Source: a virus. From it: a stretch of DNA of 26,264 bases. The stretch's first letter is position 1. Each line of letters opens with the position of its first letter. Location of the stretch: the IMG/VR virus record IMGVR_UViG_3300047386_000097; one strand, 5' to 3'. The translations under genes and the position numbers were made by a program. The notes beneath the pieces are model-generated. The model worked only from the letters and a program-made list of their open reading frames with translations. It was not told the DNA's origin and did no database searches. Positions 22,142-26,264 of the stretch are shown here, piece after piece.

Positions 22142-23600
22142 AGTAAATATCACAGCCTTTGACAAGACGCAGCGTGCTTTTGCGTCTGTTCGGGCTGGTC
22201 TTGGTAAGGTCAAATCAGCCGTCTTTAATGTTCGCAACTCTGTTGTCGCATTAGGCGCAACACTGGCACTCAAGCAGTTTGCTGGTCAAATTGACGAACT
22301 TGCTAAAGCCAGTGGCCGTCTCGGTCTTACTGTTAACGAATTGCAATCATTGCAGTTTGCGGCGGGGCAAACAGGCGTTTCATCCGACGAACTGACCAAA
22401 GGTCTTGAGCGTTTCAGCCGCAGCATCGGTGAGACAGCCAACGGCGTTGGTGTTGCAGTTCGGTCTTTTGACGCTTTGGGTGTCAGTGTCTTAAATACAG
22501 AAGGCAAATTAAAGCCGACCACAGAGCTTCTCGATGATGTTGCTGATGCTCTAAAACAAGTAGGCGACCCATCGGAGCGAGTGCGTATCGCTTTTGACCT
22601 GTTTGGTCGCTCTGGTGTCAAGCTAATCAACACGCTAAAGAATGGTTCTGGTGAACTAAAACGATTGCAAGAAGCGTTTAATCTTGTGACTGTCGAACTA
22701 ACAGAAGAACAAGCGCAAGCAGTTCAAGATGCCAATGACGGTTTTGCTACATTAAGAAAAACATTTGGGTCGCTTGGTGAACAAATTACCTCTGCCGTGT
22801 TGCCAGCATTGCATAGCATTGCCGAGTTTTTGACTATAAGCATGCTCAAGGCAATTATTGGAACTATTGAAGGCGTTCAAAACTTGGCCAATGCGTATAT
22901 CTCGCTTGCCAATGCCTTGTCGCCACTGCAAGCGTTGGGTCTGAAAGACCCGATTGAGAAACTTACATTCGGCCAAGACGCTATTGATAATCTGCAATCC
23001 ATCGTTGACGGTTACGAAAAGCTATCAAAAGGTATCAAAAAGGGCAAAGAGGACGGTGAAGATTTAATTGTAACACTTAGCGATATGCAGCAACGTGGCC
23101 AAAGGTCTGCCGATGTTGTCGCCGACTCGTTTGGCGAGACATTCAAAGCCATCTCAATGGGGACAAAAAGCGCATCTGATGCTTTCAGTGATATGGCCAA
23201 AACTATTATCGCCCGTCTTTATGACATCCTTGTTGTTGAACGCTTGGTGCAGTCAATCAGCGGCAGCCTAAAGACTATGAAAATATTTGGCGGCACTGGT
23301 GCGCCAGCAGCAGCCCCATCAGGGAACGCCATCGGCGGTTCTGTGCAGCGCGGCAAGCCTACTATAGTTGGTGAACGCGGTGCTGAATTATTCGTGCCAG
23401 CGTCTTCGGGTTCTATCGTGCCAAACAACAAAATGGGCGGCGAAGGTGTCGTGGTCAATCAAACCATCAATGTAAGCACAGGCGTTTCGCAAACTGTTCG
23501 TGCCGAGATTGTCCAGCTTATGCCACAAATTGTCGGCGCAGCTAAGTCTGGCGTGCTGGATGCTAAGAAGCGCGGCGGCGCATACGGGGCAGCGTTCTAA
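22122..23600 (+). CDS. Tail tape measure protein (492 aa)
   Basis: Long, helical and Ala/Leu/Gly-rich (QIDELAKASGRLGLTVNELQSLQFAAGQTGVSSDELTKGLERFSRSIGE). Position is after G/GT. Confidence 0.85.
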   Translation: MADQNLRVNITAFDKTQRAFASVRAGLGKVKSAVFNVRNSVVALGATLALKQFAGQIDELAKASGRLGLTVNELQSLQFAAGQTGVSSDELTKGLERFSRSIGETANGVGVAVRSFDALGVSVLNTEGKLKPTTELLDDVADALKQVGDPSERVRIAFDLFGRSGVKLINTLKNGSGELKRLQEAFNLVTVELTEEQAQAVQDANDGFATLRKTFGSLGEQITSAVLPALHSIAEFLTISMLKAIIGTIEGVQNLANAYISLANALSPLQALGLKDPIEKLTFGQDAIDNLQSIVDGYEKLSKGIKKGKEDGEDLIVTLSDMQQRGQRSADVVADSFGETFKAISMGTKSASDAFSDMAKTIIARLYDILVVERLVQSISGSLKTMKIFGGTGAPAAAPSGNAIGGSVQRGKPTIVGERGAELFVPASSGSIVPNNKMGGEGVVVNQTINVSTGVSQTVRAEIVQLMPQIVGAAKSGVLDAKKRGGAYGAAF

Positions 23601-24226
23601 TGGCTATCACTTATCCACTAACACTACCGACCATCAAAGACATGCGTGCTATTCGCCTGACCGCCAAGAACTCTGTCGGCATCAGCACAAGCCCGTTTAG
23701 TTACACGCAGCAAGTTTACAAGCATCAGGGTCAACGCTGGCAAGCCGAAGTGCAGATGCCAGCTATGAACCGCGCACAGGCGGAGGAATGGTTTTCGTTT
23801 CTGGTCAAGCTGAATGGCCAGTATGGCACGTTCTTGCTGGGCGACCCGCACAGCGCGCCGCGTGGTTCTGCCTCGGCAACGCCCGGCACGCCAGTTGTAA
23901 ACGGCGCAAGCCAAACAGGTGCGGAACTGGCTATTGATGGTCTGCCAGCTAGTGCCACAGGCTACCTAAAAGCTGGCGATTATATCCAACTCGGCGCGGG
24001 TTCTACTGCCACGCTGCATAAAGTGTTGAATGATGTAAACAGCAATGGGTCTGGCGAAGCCACGCTGGACATCTGGCCTGACTTGCGGTCATCACCCGCA
24101 GATGACGCAACGGTTGTTATCAGCAATGCTGTCGGCGTATTTCGTCTGGCAGCTAATGAAATCGGCGTTGATATTAACGAAATCGAGTTTTTTGGAATTA
24201 CGTTTGCGGCTGTTGAGGCATTATAA
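23600..24226 (+). CDS. Distal tail / minor tail protein (208 aa)
   Basis: TAATG coupling to the tape measure gene. It is the first gene after the tape measure. The arrangement resembles lambda M/L or RcGTA g12. Confidence 0.5.
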   Translation: MAITYPLTLPTIKDMRAIRLTAKNSVGISTSPFSYTQQVYKHQGQRWQAEVQMPAMNRAQAEEWFSFLVKLNGQYGTFLLGDPHSAPRGSASATPGTPVVNGASQTGAELAIDGLPASATGYLKAGDYIQLGAGSTATLHKVLNDVNSNGSGEATLDIWPDLRSSPADDATVVISNAVGVFRLAANEIGVDINEIEFFGITFAAVEAL

Positions 24227-24781
24227 ATGGCACGCGGTATAACATCGGGGCTGAATACGCAAGTCACCGCCAGCGAACTTGAGCCAATCTTTTTGATTGA
24301 TTTGGATTTTGAAAGTGGGTCGCTGTATTTTTGGAACGGCGTGCGTCCGCTGACTTATAACGGCAATGAGTATATCGGGGGCGGCAATCTCATCAACATC
24401 TCGCCCATTGTAGAGACAAACGATATTCGCGCTGTTGGTGTAAACTTGACGATGAGTGGTCTGCCAGCCAGTCTAATCAGCATCGCACTAGCAGAAGACT
24501 ATCAAGGTCAGCCAGTTAAGATACGCTTTGCCGCATTATCATCTGGCACGATAGTTGCCGACCCATATCTTATATTTGATGGGCGTATGGATGTGCTGAC
24601 AATCGACGACGTTGCCGAGGGTGCAACCATAAACATCGCAGCAGAAAGCCGCATGATTGACTTAGAGCGTCCACGCTTGCGCCGCTATACACCGCAAGAC
24701 CAGAAGATTGACCACCCCACCGATACTGGGCTTGATTATGTGCCAGTCATTCAAGACGTATCCATTCAATGGGGTAGGTAA
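24227..24781 (+). CDS. Minor tail / tail-tip protein (184 aa; DUF2163 / gpL-like by position and N-terminal pattern)
   Basis: LEPIFLIDLDFESGSLYFWNGVRPLTYNGNEYIGGGNLINISPI resembles the conserved N-terminus of this class. Call made from memory only. Confidence 0.45.
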   Translation: MARGITSGLNTQVTASELEPIFLIDLDFESGSLYFWNGVRPLTYNGNEYIGGGNLINISPIVETNDIRAVGVNLTMSGLPASLISIALAEDYQGQPVKIRFAALSSGTIVADPYLIFDGRMDVLTIDDVAEGATINIAAESRMIDLERPRLRRYTPQDQKIDHPTDTGLDYVPVIQDVSIQWGR

Positions 24782-25194
24782 TGCAGCGCAAACAAGGCTG
24801 GGAAATACATCTTGACAATGCCCTTACTGAAGCAGCCCTCAAGCCATATATATTAGGCGAAACAGATTGCTTTGCTGGAACATCTAACATTGTATCACAG
24901 ATGACCGATACAGATATTATGGAGAAGTGGCGCGGCAAATATCAATCATTCCTGCAAGGCGCAAGAATGATAAAGCAGATGGGCTATGATGGTGTTGTGG
25001 ACTACTTAGACCACGCAACGCAAGGGAAGATAGAGCCAAAACAGGCGCAACGCGGCGACATCGTGGCAAGACATATTAATAAAATTATGCCATCATTGGG
25101 CATCTGCGCTGGCAACCAAGCGTTGTTGTTTACGCATGACGAAGGTGCTGTATATGTGCCAATGAGAATAATCGAAGCAGCTTGGCGGGTGTAA
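24781..25194 (+). CDS. Tail-tip-associated protein (137 aa), possibly an NlpC/P60-like fold
   Basis: GETDCFAG (candidate Cys) and QRGDIVAR...LGICAG resemble NlpC/P60 spacing. The position equals lambda K / RcGTA g14. The catalytic His is not evident. Confidence 0.4.
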   Translation: MQRKQGWEIHLDNALTEAALKPYILGETDCFAGTSNIVSQMTDTDIMEKWRGKYQSFLQGARMIKQMGYDGVVDYLDHATQGKIEPKQAQRGDIVARHINKIMPSLGICAGNQALLFTHDEGAVYVPMRIIEAAWRV

Positions 25195-25195
25195 T

Positions 25196-26264
25196 ATGGG
25201 TGATAAGGCAGAAGATATTGTAAAAGATTTTGCTGTTGCTGCTGCGGTTATTTACACAGGCGGCGCGATTGCGGGGGCTTTAGGGGCAGGCGTAAAGCTG
25301 TATACAGTGGGTCAGGCTTTAGCATATGCTGGCTTTCAAACTGCGCTTGCTTACTCTGCCGGGGCATATGATGCTGTTGACGCGCCAGCATCATTGGGCA
25401 ACGAAGTTGCTGGTCGCCAACTAAACGTCAAGCTGCCGACACAGCCGCGCCGCACGATTTACGGCGAAGCAAAAGTCGGCGGCACAGTTGTTTTCTTAGA
25501 AACGTCTGACGATAACAAATATCTGCACATGATTGTGGCAGTAGCTGACCACGAAGTTGATGACTTGGCGTTCTGGTCGCTTTCACCCACTAGCACATAT
25601 TTCAGAGAAGTTAATCTGAACGATGACCCTATTGCACTTGTAAGCATTGACGCAGACGCAAATGGTGTGACACGCTATTCAACAGGTGAATCACGCTATA
25701 AAAACGATGACGGTGAAAAGCTGCTTCGCTTTAAGTTTTATGACGGAACGCAGACAGTCGCAGATGCCGATTTGGTAGCAGAAACCAGCGCGCCAAGCAC
25801 AATGGTCTTAAACGGCATTGCATATATTTATGCGCGTTTCCAATATGACGTTGATGCGTTCCCGAATGGCATCCCCGCCGTGACAGCACTGGTTAAAGGC
25901 AAAAAGCTATTTGACCCGCGTGACGATAGCACAGCATATTCGACAAACCCTGCACTGGTTGTGCGTGACTACCTGACCAGCGCAACGGGTCTGGCAGCTA
26001 CAGCCGCAGAGATTGACGACACAAGCATCATCGCAGCGGCTAATATCTGTGACGAAAGCATTACGCTGGATACTGTGAAATATCCATTTTTGGCAACTGA
26101 AAACCGCTTTACCTGCAATGGCATCATTGATGCAGATAAGCCGCCAGCGACGGTGTTGCCGCGTCTGCTGACATCTATGGTCGGCCACTGTTCTTATTCT
26201 GATGGCAAGTGGCTTGTGCTGGCTGGCGCATACCGCACGCCGAGTATTACGCTTGACGAAGACG
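25196..26264 (+). CDS. Host-specificity protein (gpJ-like), N-terminal part; continues into 1..2019 across the circular junction
   Basis: The ATG at 25196 lies 2 nt after the previous stop. It is not in the ORF track because no stop occurs before the window end. A Gly/Ala-rich hydrophobic N-terminus is followed by LPTQPRRTIYGEAKVGGTVVF (the YG..rvGG opening of gpI C-terminus / gpJ-type domains), then NGIAYIYARFQYDVDAFPNGIP. Confidence 0.85.
   Translation, partial: MGDKAEDIVKDFAVAAAVIYTGGAIAGALGAGVKLYTVGQALAYAGFQTALAYSAGAYDAVDAPASLGNEVAGRQLNVKLPTQPRRTIYGEAKVGGTVVFLETSDDNKYLHMIVAVADHEVDDLAFWSLSPTSTYFREVNLNDDPIALVSIDADANGVTRYSTGESRYKNDDGEKLLRFKFYDGTQTVADADLVAETSAPSTMVLNGIAYIYARFQYDVDAFPNGIPAVTALVKGKKLFDPRDDSTAYSTNPALVVRDYLTSATGLAATAAEIDDTSIIAAANICDESITLDTVKYPFLATENRFTCNGIIDADKPPATVLPRLLTSMVGHCSYSDGKWLVLAGAYRTPSITLDED
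26138..26264. repeat. Exact 127-bp copy of 1..127 (circular-assembly overlap)
   Basis: Identical to the window start. It lies inside the J-like ORF. Confidence 0.95.

Noticed and set aside
1-26264. Search by eye for tRNA/tmRNA, CRISPR repeats, integrase/recombinase, transposase, a CI-like repressor on the opposite strand and toxin-antitoxin pairs
   Set aside because: None was found. Intergenic gaps are too short for tRNAs, there are no regularly spaced repeats, and there are no Tyr/Ser-recombinase motifs. Lifestyle (virulent or non-integrating) therefore remains an inference only.

Overview
The window is a complete, circularly closed tailed-phage genome of siphovirus type. Bases 1-127 repeat exactly at 26138-26264, so the unique sequence is 26,137 bp. 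The gpJ-like host-specificity gene runs across the artificial break (25196..26264 joined to 1..2019, 986 aa). Every credible gene is on the + strand and gaps are under 130 nt. I recognised no tRNA, rRNA, CRISPR array, integrase, transposase or reverse transcriptase.

Gene order:
- Tail tip and fibre: J C-terminus, then a tail fibre.
- Lysis cassette: three small membrane proteins, an inserted PD-(D/E)XK nuclease, an M15 endolysin, a 35-aa cationic Trp/Phe-rich peptide, then a terminator.
- Early block: small unknown ORFs ending in an HTH regulator.
- Recombination and replication: RusA, a RecB-like nuclease, an SSB-like protein, a C5 DNA methyltransferase, a PrimPol-helicase, an iteron/palindrome cluster and a second PD-(D/E)XK protein.
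- Packaging, lambda-type: Nu1-like TerS, GpA-family TerL, a gpW-like protein and a lambda-family portal.
- Head: one 840-aa protease-scaffold-HK97 capsid polyprotein, followed by a strong terminator.
- Tail: connector proteins, major tail protein, G/GT chaperone with an A_AAA_AAG -1 frameshift, tape measure and tail-tip proteins.

The most unusual signal is the methyltransferase locus (8590-9327), which is open in two same-strand frames. The embedded +1 frame carries a motif-IX-like element that the main frame lacks. This suggests an overprinted or split enzyme, or recoding, but chance is not excluded. All functional calls come from reading motifs by eye; no database search was possible.
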